Positions 1 to 9,409 of a DNA stretch of 64,000 bases are shown here, in pieces. The notes under the pieces were generated by a model. It was not told where the DNA came from. It searched no databases and saw only the letters and a program-made list of their open reading frames with translations. Positions within the stretch are counted from its first letter, which is position 1, and each line of letters opens with the position of its first letter. Both the position numbers and the translations under genes were made by a program. Source of the stretch: an uncultured Nitrospiraceae bacterium (GTDB lineage Bacteria; Nitrospirota; Nitrospiria; Nitrospirales; Nitrospiraceae); the NCBI GenBank assembly GCA_963846575.1, contig CAWJWJ010000001.1, positions 32,001 to 96,000 on the forward strand. Direction: 5' to 3'.

Positions 1-2
1 TC

Positions 3-368
3 AAACCTTCTGGATTTTCGGAACTGGCCTGGGGAAGCCGAGGCGTGTCCATCGGGCATGATCTGCCACAGGTCGAATGGGCCGCGGCCCTGGAGCAAGC
101 CCTCCAGTCCTTTCCGTCGACCCCCTATGTCCTGCAGGAATTTCATAAGGGCCGACTGTTCGAGTCAGCCTATCTTGACGAACGAACCGATACCGTAGTG
201 CCAATGTCCGGTCGGGTCCGCCTATCCCCTTATTATTTCATCGTCGGTGACAAGGCCGAACTCGGGGGCATTCTCGCCACTCTTTGTCCTGCGAACAAGA
301 AGATCATCCACGGCATGGTCGATGCGATCATGGCACCCTGTGCCTTGACGCCGAACAGCCTTGCTTAG
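3..368 (+). CDS. ATP-grasp-fold ligase-like protein, C-terminal part (5' end outside window)
   Basis: Frame is open from base 3: KPSGFSELAWGSRGVSIG...YVLQEF...RVRLSPYYF, resembling the ATP-grasp lysine/Gly loop and QEF hinge. Confidence 0.6.
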   Translation, partial: KPSGFSELAWGSRGVSIGHDLPQVEWAAALEQALQSFPSTPYVLQEFHKGRLFESAYLDERTDTVVPMSGRVRLSPYYFIVGDKAELGGILATLCPANKKIIHGMVDAIMAPCALTPNSLA

Positions 369-441
369 AGAAGGAACCGATGGCACAAGTACTACGACCG
401 GAAGCCCTCGCGAATTTGCAACCGCCTCACCAGTGGTACCC

Positions 442-687
442 ATGGCACTGACCCTCTATCATGTCGAATGGTGTCCGGACTGCGCACTGGTCCGGGATCG
501 CCTCAGCGAGTTGAACATTCAATACGACGAGATCGTGGTCCCCGACTTTCGCCCGATGCGCAAGCAGGTCTATGAAGTGTCGGGGCAGTACTATGTGCCC
601 GTTTTGAAGGATGGGGACATTGTTTTAACGGAAACCCACGATATTCTTGCCCACCTCGACCAGCGCTCCGGCATGGCCAACCCGTGA
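442..687 (+). CDS. Glutaredoxin / thioredoxin-fold protein
   Basis: LTLYHVEWCPDC active site, cis-Pro motif YVPVL, 81 aa. Confidence 0.85.
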   Translation: MALTLYHVEWCPDCALVRDRLSELNIQYDEIVVPDFRPMRKQVYEVSGQYYVPVLKDGDIVLTETHDILAHLDQRSGMANP

Positions 688-806
688 GGAAATGGCCCAG
701 ACCGGTGCGCCGGGCAGCGTGGATCACGACCAACCCCGGAGCCGAGAACAGGCGTCAGCCTGAGGAATAGAACTGATCAGGTCAGCATCAGCGAAAGGAT
801 AGCGAC

Positions 807-1940
807 GTGGAGGAATGGAGACGCATTCTGGCTCAAAGCGTGGTCAAGCCGAAGGACTTGGCCGACCGGCTTGGTGTCGATCCCAAAGAGATCGAAGACA
901 TCGTGGGGGAGTATCCCATGCGGATCACGCCAACCGTATTGGCCACGATCAAAGAGAAGGGTGATGCGATTTGGAAACAGGTCGTCCCGGATCGTTTGGA
1001 GATGGCAGACGCCGACGCGGAGAATGACCCTCTCGAAGAAGACCTGATGAGCCCCGTGCCGCATCTGGTTCATCGCTATCCCGACCGTGTCCTTTTGATG
1101 GTGACCAACCAATGCCCGATCTATTGTCGGTTTTGTACGCGTAAGCGGCTTGTGGGCAAACCGGGATTTCTGAAAAAGGGAGAATTGGACCGGGCCATCG
1201 CCTACCTGCGCGAACATCATGAGGTGCGCGACGTGATTCTTTCCGGAGGCGACCCCCTCCTGTTGCCGGACAACCTGTTGGAGCGAGTGCTGAAATCGCT
1301 TCGAACCATCCCGCACCTGGAATTGATCCGGATCGGCACACGCGTGCCGGGCAGCCTCCCCGAGCGTATAACGCCCAAACTCTGCGAACTCGTGAAGAAG
1401 TACCACCCGATCTATATGAATCTTCACTTTAACCATCCGGACGAGTTGACGCCTGCGGTCAAACGCGCCTGTGGCATGCTCGCCGATGCAGGGGTGCCCC
1501 TCGGGGCCCAGACGGTCTTGCTCAAGGGAGTCAATGACGACCCCGAGATCATGAAACGACTCATGCATCAACTGCTGTTGGCGCGCGTGAAACCATACTA
1601 TCTGTATCAGGCTGACCTGACCAAGGGAACGAACCACTTCCGGACTTCAGTGGAAACGGGGCTCCACATCATCAAGTCCTTGCAAGGCCATACAAGCGGG
1701 ATGGGAGTGCCGCACTTCGTCATTGATGCGCCGGGAGGAGGTGGCAAAATTCCGTTGCTCCCCGCTGAATACCTGGTCCATCTCGACGAGGATGGCGCCG
1801 TGTTGAGAAACTACGAAAACAAAACGTACCACTATCCTCAGCCAGGAGCCGGCCAGGGCCGGGAATTACCCATGGTCGGGGCTCACCCCTCGTGGGGCAC
1901 GACCAACAACGGATGCGAGGGAGGAGGGGACCATCTGTGA
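807..1940 (+). CDS. kamA: KamA-family radical SAM protein (lysine 2,3-aminomutase-like)
   Basis: HRYPDRVL, CPIYCRFC (CxxxCxxC), SGGDPL, HFNHPDE, PGGGGK PLP-lysine motif. Confidence 0.9.
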   Translation: MEEWRRILAQSVVKPKDLADRLGVDPKEIEDIVGEYPMRITPTVLATIKEKGDAIWKQVVPDRLEMADADAENDPLEEDLMSPVPHLVHRYPDRVLLMVTNQCPIYCRFCTRKRLVGKPGFLKKGELDRAIAYLREHHEVRDVILSGGDPLLLPDNLLERVLKSLRTIPHLELIRIGTRVPGSLPERITPKLCELVKKYHPIYMNLHFNHPDELTPAVKRACGMLADAGVPLGAQTVLLKGVNDDPEIMKRLMHQLLLARVKPYYLYQADLTKGTNHFRTSVETGLHIIKSLQGHTSGMGVPHFVIDAPGGGGKIPLLPAEYLVHLDEDGAVLRNYENKTYHYPQPGAGQGRELPMVGAHPSWGTTNNGCEGGGDHL

Positions 1941-3088
1941 AACGTGCCGCCCCCTTGAAAGGCATTTTGCCTTATCAGCAGATCACAGATCTTATGACCC
2001 GTGGCGTCATCAAGGCCGACAGGCCGATGGAGACCCGACAGATCCAGCCGGCGAGCCTGGACCTGCGGCTGGGGAAAAAAGCCTATCGATTGATCAGCAG
2101 CTTCCTCCCTGAACTGTCTCCCATCAGCAACCGTCTTAATGTCCTCGATTTCTATCAGTCTGATCTCGTGATGTACGAGATGGATCTCACGCAAGGTGCG
2201 ATTTTAGAGAAGGGACATGTCTACCTCGTCCCGCTGCTGGAGCATCTGGAGCTGCCGGCCACGGTTCGCGCCCGTGCCAACCCCAAGAGCACGACGGGGC
2301 GGCTGGATGTCTTCACCCGGGTCGTGACCGACTTAAATGCGGGCTTCGATGAGATCCGGGCCGGGTACCGGGGGCCACTCTATTTGGAAGTCGTACCCCG
2401 CTCGTTCGCGATCAAAGTGCGCACAGGCGACTCGTTGAATCAGATTCGCTTCGTGCGCGGGGACGCCACGGTATCCGATACCGCCTTACAGAAAATCCAC
2501 GCTGCGGAACCGCTCCTGTTCCATAATTCGGCCAGTTCCAAACCGCTCCCTGCGAGCGAGTTCCGAACCGAGCGGGGGCTGTTTTTGCGGATCGAACTGA
2601 CAGGGAGCGACCGCGAAGACCAGGTGATCGGTTACAGGGCGAAGAAGAATAGCCATGTTATCGATCTGTCTAAAATAGGACACTATGCGGCCTTGGACTT
2701 CTGGGAACCTCTGAAACGGCACCGGCACGATAGTTTGCTCTTAGAGCCGGAAGAGTTTTATATCCTGGCCTCGAAGGAACGGATCCGGGTGCCGCCCGGT
2801 TACGCTGCCGAAATGGTGGCCTATGAAGCGGCCTGCGGTGAGTTACGCACGCATTATGCAGGATTTTTTGACCCCGGGTTTGGCCATGGTGACGGCCGAA
2901 TGCGCGGGACGCAGGTCGTCCTGGAGGTCCGCCCGCACGATGTCCCGTTCCTCATTCATGACGGGCAAACGTTCTTCAAAGTAGTGTATGATCGAATGTT
3001 GGCAGTACCGACGCAGATGTACGGTACCACGCTCGGCTCGTCCTACCAGCGACAAGCCCTCACCCTGAGCAAACATTTTAAGGCCTAA
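1937..3088 (+). CDS. dcd: 2'-deoxycytidine 5'-triphosphate deaminase (long two-domain type)
   Basis: QIQPASLDLRLG, ANPKSTTGRLD, HYAGFFDPGFG; GTG start overlaps the kamA stop (GTGA). Confidence 0.9.
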   Translation: MKRAAPLKGILPYQQITDLMTRGVIKADRPMETRQIQPASLDLRLGKKAYRLISSFLPELSPISNRLNVLDFYQSDLVMYEMDLTQGAILEKGHVYLVPLLEHLELPATVRARANPKSTTGRLDVFTRVVTDLNAGFDEIRAGYRGPLYLEVVPRSFAIKVRTGDSLNQIRFVRGDATVSDTALQKIHAAEPLLFHNSASSKPLPASEFRTERGLFLRIELTGSDREDQVIGYRAKKNSHVIDLSKIGHYAALDFWEPLKRHRHDSLLLEPEEFYILASKERIRVPPGYAAEMVAYEAACGELRTHYAGFFDPGFGHGDGRMRGTQVVLEVRPHDVPFLIHDGQTFFKVVYDRMLAVPTQMYGTTLGSSYQRQALTLSKHFKA

Positions 3089-3090
3089 TC

Positions 3091-3495
3091 ATGGCACCCA
3101 GCGACCTCCCAGATCCTTCTAGCCGACCGGTCAGGCCTCCTGGTCACCGGCCTGACGACGAGAGCAACGCCGACCGCCAGGCCCATGTCATCGGTATGAT
3201 GATCGGCACGGCCCTGATGTTCATCGGATTCCTCGATGTGTTTCTCTCGATCAGCGGCGGTTTTGAGATCAATGTCGTCCCGCTGTTGATTTACTTCGGC
3301 GGAATTGCCGTGTGGGCCAATGCCGTGGTCGAGAATCCAACCGTCCGTTACTCCTTAATGGCCGGCTCGGTTTTGATCAGTCTGGCGTTTTTTCACTATG
3401 GCGAGGTGCTGTTTTGGCACAAGCAGGTGGTGTTTTGGTCCACCATCGTCGTGGTCATGTATTTTATGTTCCGCGAACCCAAACGAGCGGCCTGA
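3091..3495 (+). CDS. Hypothetical membrane protein (about 4 TM)
   Basis: Four hydrophobic segments; starts 2 nt after the dcd stop. Confidence 0.75.
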   Translation: MAPSDLPDPSSRPVRPPGHRPDDESNADRQAHVIGMMIGTALMFIGFLDVFLSISGGFEINVVPLLIYFGGIAVWANAVVENPTVRYSLMAGSVLISLAFFHYGEVLFWHKQVVFWSTIVVVMYFMFREPKRAA

Positions 3496-3561
3496 AATAG
3501 ACCGGTGCAGCAGAGGCCATCGAACGTCGGCGTTGGACAGATCGATCCGCATCCCTCTTTG

Positions 3562-4290
3562 ATGACGGTGGCCGTCATCATTCCGGTTCTCAACGAAGCC
3601 CGACTGATCGGCCGGACCCTGAGCCACACCGCGGCTCTCGGATTCGACGAAATCCTCGTCGTGGATGGAGGCAGTACCGATCAGACCTTCGCCCTGGTGC
3701 AATCCTTCGCATTTCAACCTCGCCCCATTGCCTCCGCTCCTCGCGCGATACACTCCGTCCCCATTCGAATCCTGTCTTCGTCGCCAGGGCGGGCTGGCCA
3801 GCTGAATACAGGAGCCGCCGCGAGCCACAGTGAGGTGTTGCTGTTCCTCCATGCCGACACCCGACTACCGCCAGATGCCAAAGGAGCCATCTCCCGTGCC
3901 CTGCTTGACCGTACTGTTGTCGGCGGACGGTTCAGCGTTCGTTTCGACTCTGATCTCCCCCTGGCCCGCCTCATCGGAGGCATGATGAACTGGCGGTCAC
4001 GATGGAGTGGCATTGCGACAGGTGACCAGGCAATCTTTGTCCGACGGGAAACGTTCGAACACATTGGCCGGTTCGCGGATATCCCCGTCATGGAAGATAT
4101 CGACTTCACCCGCCGCCTCAAACGAGCCGGCCGCCTCGCCCCGCTCACAGAGCAGGTCGAGACCGCCTTTCGTCGCTGGGAATGCGGGGGACCCATCCGC
4201 ACAATTCTGTTGATGTGGGCCCTGCGCTTCCTGTACTGGATCGGAGTAAGTCCCCATCGGCTCCAACATTATTACAGGAACGTGAGATAA
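3562..4290 (+). CDS. GT2 glycosyltransferase, TIGR04283-like
   Basis: VIIPVLNE, VVDGGSTD, LFLHADT, TGDQAIF, MEDIDF; adjacent to TIGR04282-like partner; start could be 3505. Confidence 0.85.
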   Translation: MTVAVIIPVLNEARLIGRTLSHTAALGFDEILVVDGGSTDQTFALVQSFAFQPRPIASAPRAIHSVPIRILSSSPGRAGQLNTGAAASHSEVLLFLHADTRLPPDAKGAISRALLDRTVVGGRFSVRFDSDLPLARLIGGMMNWRSRWSGIATGDQAIFVRRETFEHIGRFADIPVMEDIDFTRRLKRAGRLAPLTEQVETAFRRWECGGPIRTILLMWALRFLYWIGVSPHRLQHYYRNVR

Positions 4291-4294
4291 CCCT

Positions 4295-5047
4295 ATGCGC
4301 GAGAAACCGTCAGAGCGACAGGACAAACAGCCGGCGGCTCTGGTGATCTTTGCCAAGGCCCCTATACCGGGACAAGTCAAGACGCGGCTCAGCCCCGCCC
4401 TGACCGAAGACGAGGCTGCGACGCTCCATGGGAGCTTCGTCCTCGACACCCTTGAACGCACCAAGGCTGCGATCGGGAAGTTCAAGATTCCGGTTGCCCG
4501 ATTCCTCGCCTGTGCGCCATCAAGCACCCACGTCTTTTTCCGCATCATGGAAGCGCGCCATGGCGTCACGCTGCTCGACCAGCAGGGCGACGAACTCGGA
4601 GCACGGATGCATCACACTTTCGACCACCTTTTCTCACAAGGGTACCAGCGGGTCATACTCGTCGGGACCGACGCTCCGTCGCTCCCGCTCACGCACTATC
4701 GCGACGCGATGGAAGCGCTCAGCCGGCATGATCTGGTAATCGGTCCGGCCAGTGACGGTGGTTATTATTTAATCGGTATGACGCGGCCTCAGGCCAGTCT
4801 CTTTGAGAGTATCCCCTGGTCGACGGACCGCGTGATGCCCCTTACGCAGGAAAAAGCTCTCGCGGCAGGGTTAAAAACTGCCCTCCTCCCAACATGGAGC
4901 GATGTCGACACGGTGGACGATCTCCAGGCCTTGATTCAGGATAGTCTGATGGACAAGAAACGCCCCAAGCAGGAGCGGGTGTTTTCCATGAGGACCGCAG
5001 GGACCCTGGAGCTGCTGGCGAAGCGGCTTCGAACTCGCCAAACCTGA
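4295..5047 (+). CDS. TIGR04282/DUF2064-like transferase (CofC-like fold)
   Basis: FAKAPIPGQVKTRL, QGDELGARM, GTDAP, GPASDGGYYLIG, DVDT. Confidence 0.88.
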   Translation: MREKPSERQDKQPAALVIFAKAPIPGQVKTRLSPALTEDEAATLHGSFVLDTLERTKAAIGKFKIPVARFLACAPSSTHVFFRIMEARHGVTLLDQQGDELGARMHHTFDHLFSQGYQRVILVGTDAPSLPLTHYRDAMEALSRHDLVIGPASDGGYYLIGMTRPQASLFESIPWSTDRVMPLTQEKALAAGLKTALLPTWSDVDTVDDLQALIQDSLMDKKRPKQERVFSMRTAGTLELLAKRLRTRQT

Positions 5048-5354
5048 GAGGACTGGTGAATCGGTCTGGCTGCGGCGTTCGCTGCTCCCCATGTCGGGAG
5101 GAATTGCGGAAGTGTCCGGCCCTGCAGGGGGAGCGCGGGAACCTCCATCTGACGTCCCGGAAAGTCGGGGCGCCGAAACTCCGGTTGCTGGGAACACGTG
5201 GGGCCCATCATCTACGCACCCTGGACCACCTGCAGCCTCAGCGAGAAGCGTTGTGATGATCCAGTGGAAGAACGGTCCTGTCATGGCGTATCCGCGAGCC
5301 ATCGTCAGTGTGCGGTAGTATCGGACAATTCAGCCATCTTCTAGCGAGGACTCT

Positions 5355-6089
5355 ATGTCGAACAAGGTCGCTCTCATCACCGGCGGTGCCAAGGGCATCG
5401 GACGCGCAATTGCTTTGGATCTGGCGACACAACATTGGTCCGTCGCCATTTGTTACCGCACGAGTGCGGCGGCAGCTGATGACACCAGCGAGGCAATTAC
5501 GGCGAACGGCGGAAAGGCCCTCGCCGTGCAATGCGATGTGTCCGATCCCGAAGCCGCCGCACAACTGGTCGCCCAGGTCGAGAGCCAGTGGGGCAAAATC
5601 GATGCGCTGATCAATGGAGCAGGCCCTTACCACCGGGTGAATCTGTTCGAGGAAACGACGGCTGGCTGGCGTGAAATGTTCGATAGTAATTTGCACCCCA
5701 TTTTTTACCTGGGGCAGGCGGTGGCACCCGGGATGAAGGCCAGGAAGCAGGGACGAATCATTAACTTCAGTATGGCCAATGCGGACCAGATGGTCGCGCA
5801 ACCGGAGGTGACGGGGCACTATATCGCCAAGGCCGGAGTTCTCATCCTGACCCGCACTCTGGCGAAACTCCTTGCTCCCTATGGCATCACGGTCAATGCC
5901 ATCTCTCCTGGGTTCATCGATTCGGGGAGCGCGCCGCCTGAGGAACTGGCCGGAGTGATCAAAAGAATACCGGCAGGGTATGTCGGAAGTGTGGCAGACA
6001 CGGTCGCTGCGGTGCGATTTTTTCTCAGTGAAGAGGCCCGATATGTCAATGGTGCCAACCTGCATCTCAGCGGTGGATGGGGAGTTTGA
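5355..6089 (+). CDS. Short-chain dehydrogenase/reductase (FabG/pteridine reductase-like)
   Basis: TGGAKGIG, YIAK catalytic motif, VNAISPG. Confidence 0.9.
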   Translation: MSNKVALITGGAKGIGRAIALDLATQHWSVAICYRTSAAAADDTSEAITANGGKALAVQCDVSDPEAAAQLVAQVESQWGKIDALINGAGPYHRVNLFEETTAGWREMFDSNLHPIFYLGQAVAPGMKARKQGRIINFSMANADQMVAQPEVTGHYIAKAGVLILTRTLAKLLAPYGITVNAISPGFIDSGSAPPEELAGVIKRIPAGYVGSVADTVAAVRFFLSEEARYVNGANLHLSGGWGV

Positions 6090-6101
6090 ACCAGCCTGCA
6101 C

Positions 6102-7544
6102 TTATTTGGCAAGGAGGAGAATCACGCCGATCATCGCCGCCATCCAATAACTCTTCGGGTCTCGAACGGCAAACACGACCGGGTCATCGTCCATCTGGTT
6201 CCGATAGGCCAGCATCCAGATCCGACTGATCCAATACAGCATCACCGGGCAAATCAGCCACAGCAGTTCTGAATGGGAATACAGCAGCAAGACCTCTCTG
6301 CTGCTGATGTAGAGTGCCAGGACCAGCACGGCCAGCAGGCCGCTCGCCGAGCCGATGCTCGAAATATGTTCCACATCCGTCACCCAATAGCCTCGTCCAT
6401 GCAACCCCTTGCCCTCGACCTGGCTCATGAGGCGAAGTTCGGTAAATCGTTTAACAAGCGCCAGGCTGAGGAAGAGAAACAACGAAAATGTCAGTAACCA
6501 ATGCGATGGCACCACCCCGGCTGCGGCGCCGCCCCCATAAACCCGCACCGTATAGAGCTGCGCCAACACGATCACGTCCAGCATCACGAACTGCTTGAGA
6601 TAAAACGAGTAACCCGTTGTCAGAGCCAGATACCCGGCCAATACCAGTAGAAATATCGGTGGAAGCAAGAAGGCCAGAATGACTCCTGCGAGGAGGCAGC
6701 CCAGGGCCAGTAGCATCCCGGAGGGAATCGAAAGGCGTCCAGAGGCAAAGGGACGATTCTTTTTTCGTGGATGCCGGCGATCGGAAGTCAGGTCAAGGCA
6801 ATCATTGAGAATATAGACTGAGGACGCCGAAAAACTGAAGGACAAGAACGCCAAGCCGGCCTGGAGCAGCAGCCGCTTGTCTGTGATTTGATGTGATGCC
6901 ACGACCGGAATGAACACCAGCACATTCTTGGCCCATTGATGTACACGCAAGGCCTTAGCCAGAGTTTTCAACCAGCTTACCGGCTCGCTGAAAACCCGGC
7001 TGACCGTGGTCATTGCTTGCGCGCGAGTGACCAACCCCGGAGAGCCGTTGACGACAATCGCCTCATCGGCCTGCGCCCAGACCGGCAGGTCGGCAGTGGA
7101 ATTTCCCGCATAGGCAAAACGGCGCACGCCATAGCGCTCCACCAGCAGGGCCAGCTTTCGGGCACCCTTCAGATTTACTCTGCCATCGCTGCCATAGGCC
7201 CGGTCATCAAAAAATCCCAGGTGATCCGCGACCGCGCGTGCGAATGTCACATCACTGGCAGTGGCCAATACGAGCTCTCGGCCGGACTCGCGCTCCTTGG
7301 ATAGAAACTCCACCAGATCCTGCTGATAGGGAAGGGTCGTAACGTCCAGCGTCACCCGGCGAGCGATTTCGTGTTTGAGGCGGGCCTTTCCCTTGAACAA
7401 CCAGAAAGGAAGCTTGAAGATCGAGAGCGGGCTCTGCTTGAGAAGAGCCAGCAGAGATTCCCACAGCAGGTCAGTCTTGATGAGTGTCCCATCAAGATCG
7501 ACGCAAAGCGGACTTTTGCCGGACAAATCCTCACGCGTGGGCAT
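6102..7544 (-). CDS. UbiA-family prenyltransferase with N-terminal HAD-like domain (polyprenyl-phosphate phosphoribosyltransferase-like)
   Basis: VDLDGTL HAD motif; LRVHQWAKN, NDCLDLTSDRRHPRK, DDPVVFA. Confidence 0.88.
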   Translation of the reverse strand: MPTREDLSGKSPLCVDLDGTLIKTDLLWESLLALLKQSPLSIFKLPFWLFKGKARLKHEIARRVTLDVTTLPYQQDLVEFLSKERESGRELVLATASDVTFARAVADHLGFFDDRAYGSDGRVNLKGARKLALLVERYGVRRFAYAGNSTADLPVWAQADEAIVVNGSPGLVTRAQAMTTVSRVFSEPVSWLKTLAKALRVHQWAKNVLVFIPVVASHQITDKRLLLQAGLAFLSFSFSASSVYILNDCLDLTSDRRHPRKKNRPFASGRLSIPSGMLLALGCLLAGVILAFLLPPIFLLVLAGYLALTTGYSFYLKQFVMLDVIVLAQLYTVRVYGGGAAAGVVPSHWLLTFSLFLFLSLALVKRFTELRLMSQVEGKGLHGRGYWVTDVEHISSIGSASGLLAVLVLALYISSREVLLLYSHSELLWLICPVMLYWISRIWMLAYRNQMDDDPVVFAVRDPKSYWMAAMIGVILLLAK

Positions 7545-7656
7545 AAGGCAGGATTCTATCGGCAAGAACCAAACGGCGCAAGAAATTCGTGCCATTCCAG
7601 GGCGCAGGCCTGGACATCCAGCGATGGGCGGGATTCAGTCGTGAGGCGACGGACAG

Positions 7657-7983
7657 CTATTCGGCGCCGAAGGCCTTCTTCAGCAGAGGCACTACTTCAC
7701 CCTTGGCTTCCATCGGATCCAGGATGTCGGTATCGCCGTAGAACTGTCCATCGATAAAGACCTTGGGAAGAGTCGGCCAATTCGTCAACTTGGTCAACGC
7801 ATCGCGTTTGGCCGGCTGCGACAGCACGTCGATGAGTTCGTACGGATATCCGTACTTTTCAAAGAATTGCATGGTCTCCCGGGTGAAACCACACATCGGC
7901 ATCGTTTTCGTGCCCTTGCCATAGATCAGAATCTTGTTCGCCTTGATTTCTTTTTGAATTTCTTCATCGATTGGATTGGACAT
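7657..7983 (-). CDS. grxD: Monothiol glutaredoxin (Grx4 family)
   Basis: KGT..PMCGFT, WPTLP, GDTDI; paired with BolA. Confidence 0.9.
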   Translation of the reverse strand: MSNPIDEEIQKEIKANKILIYGKGTKTMPMCGFTRETMQFFEKYGYPYELIDVLSQPAKRDALTKLTNWPTLPKVFIDGQFYGDTDILDPMEAKGEVVPLLKKAFGAE

Positions 7984-7993
7984 ATATCTCTCC

Positions 7994-8239
7994 CTATTGC
8001 CCGGCCTCAGCCTTAGTCTTGGCCGAAATTTCCAGGGCATGAATCCGACCGTCTTTCATTGGAACTGCTAATGCCTGGTACACCATGCGATGACGGTCAA
8101 GAAGATTCTTGTCTAAGAACCCGTCCGAGGTCACCCGCACGATCAGGTGATCTTGCGTGCCGGTCTTGTCGATCACGGTCACCAGGGCGTCAGGAAACAT
8201 TTGGCGTATGAAGGTCGTCACGGCTTCAGAGCTGATCAT
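7994..8239 (-). CDS. bolA: BolA family protein
   Basis: DHL, RHRMVY, IHAL motifs. Confidence 0.9.
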   Translation of the reverse strand: MISSEAVTTFIRQMFPDALVTVIDKTGTQDHLIVRVTSDGFLDKNLLDRHRMVYQALAVPMKDGRIHALEISAKTKAEAGQ

Positions 8240-8752
8240 CGTTCCGAAGAATAACGCATCTGTCGAGTCGAAGGCAATTCTGAACCACTGCGATCCACGG
8301 GACAAACAACAATTTTTTAAGCAGGACTTCGAACTGGTGCGACCGGACTCGCGCTAAGCTGCCCCGGCAAGGGTTGGGAGATTGACCGCAAGGCTCACAT
8401 TCGGAGGTCATGGCGTGGACACGCACCGGCAGATCGAATCAAACGCCCGTGATTGGAGTGGTTATCCCATTGCGCCAAACATCCTCGGCGGCGTGATCCA
8501 ATCGCATGACTTGGAGAACGTCCTATTGTCACGGTTTATGTCTTCGCGGAGAGGGCTGGCCTTGTGATCGGTCCCGTTCAGATCTCCCCGTCCACCACCG
8601 CTCAACCCTGCACTGCTGAGAGTTTCTGAGTTTCGAAACCATTCGGTGGTGTATTTCACCATCTCTGGTGGTTACCAACCACCGACGCCGTATCCGGCAA
8701 TTGACCCTAATCATAACGGACTGACATTAGGGCACTTTTTACCTGTCGTCAG

Positions 8753-8768
8753 TGGCACGGCTGTTGCT
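8753..8768 (+). promoter_or_regulatory. sigma54 (-24/-12) promoter
   Basis: TGGCACGGCTGTTGCT matches TGGCACG-N4-TTGCW exactly, about 60 nt upstream of the receiver ATG. Confidence 0.85.
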
Positions 8769-8829
8769 GCTCTTCAAAAGCAAGAGGGAACGAGCAAGCA
8801 AAATCCTTACAACCACCAAGGAGGGTACC

Positions 8830-9264
8830 ATGGGAGAATTCAAATCTGGCTTCTTCATGAGCGATTCAGCCTGCAATGGTCGCGTGCTTGTCGTAGACGA
8901 TGAGCCGGACATTCGCAAAGTTGTCCGAATGACCCTGCAGAAAGCGGGATACGAAGTGATCGAAGCCGAGAATGGCGAGAAAGCCATTGAGGCCATCAAC
9001 ACGGGCGAAAATCGGCTGTTGCTGGATGTGCTCGTGTGCGACATCCGCATGCCGAAGATCAACGGTGTCGAAGCCATTGCCTACTTCCAACAGGAATGGC
9101 CACGCGTGCCAATCATCGTCCTGACCGGCTTTCCGGATACGGACATGGCGACTTCGTTTTTGCGCAGCGGTGTCGTTGATTATCTGGTCAAGCCGGTCGA
9201 AGGGGAAAAGCTGCGCACCGCGGTGGCCAGAGCGATGGAACAGCGGGAACTGGCTCGACTCTAG
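8830..9264 (+). CDS. Stand-alone response regulator receiver protein
   Basis: VLVVDDE, DIRMP, LTG, KP motifs; no output domain; SD AAGGAGG. Confidence 0.92.
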   Translation: MGEFKSGFFMSDSACNGRVLVVDDEPDIRKVVRMTLQKAGYEVIEAENGEKAIEAINTGENRLLLDVLVCDIRMPKINGVEAIAYFQQEWPRVPIIVLTGFPDTDMATSFLRSGVVDYLVKPVEGEKLRTAVARAMEQRELARL

Positions 9265-9299
9265 CCGCACTTGATGCCCGCACGCACTGCCTCCTCGAA

Positions 9300-9328
9300 T
9301 CCGGGAAGGTCACCCAGACCTTCCCGGA
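9300..9328 (+). terminator. Intra-operon stem-loop (12-bp perfect stem)
   Basis: TCCGGGAAGGTC-ACCCA-GACCTTCCCGGA; no U-tract. Confidence 0.45.
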
Positions 9329-9409
9329 ACAATGGGAGGTCGGGAACGTCGGCATTTGTAGAAGAGGCTCGTCTGCGCCGATTTCTCTACTGGGTCATGG
9401 ATCAGGACT

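Noticed and set aside
692..763. 23-aa ORF (MAQTGAPG...) before kamA as a possible RiPP precursor
   Set aside because: Weak SD, no leader/core features, and KamA-type enzymes act on free amino acids.
777..1637. 286-aa ORF antisense to kamA, and similar long shadow ORFs (25727-26626, 31670-32617, 45014-45781, 54722-55750)
   Set aside because: They lie opposite well-supported genes, show no motifs, and are expected in GC-rich DNA.
9283..9330. CACTG...CCGGGAAGG resembling a cobalamin riboswitch segment
   Set aside because: The other conserved elements are missing; a simple hairpin explains the sequence.
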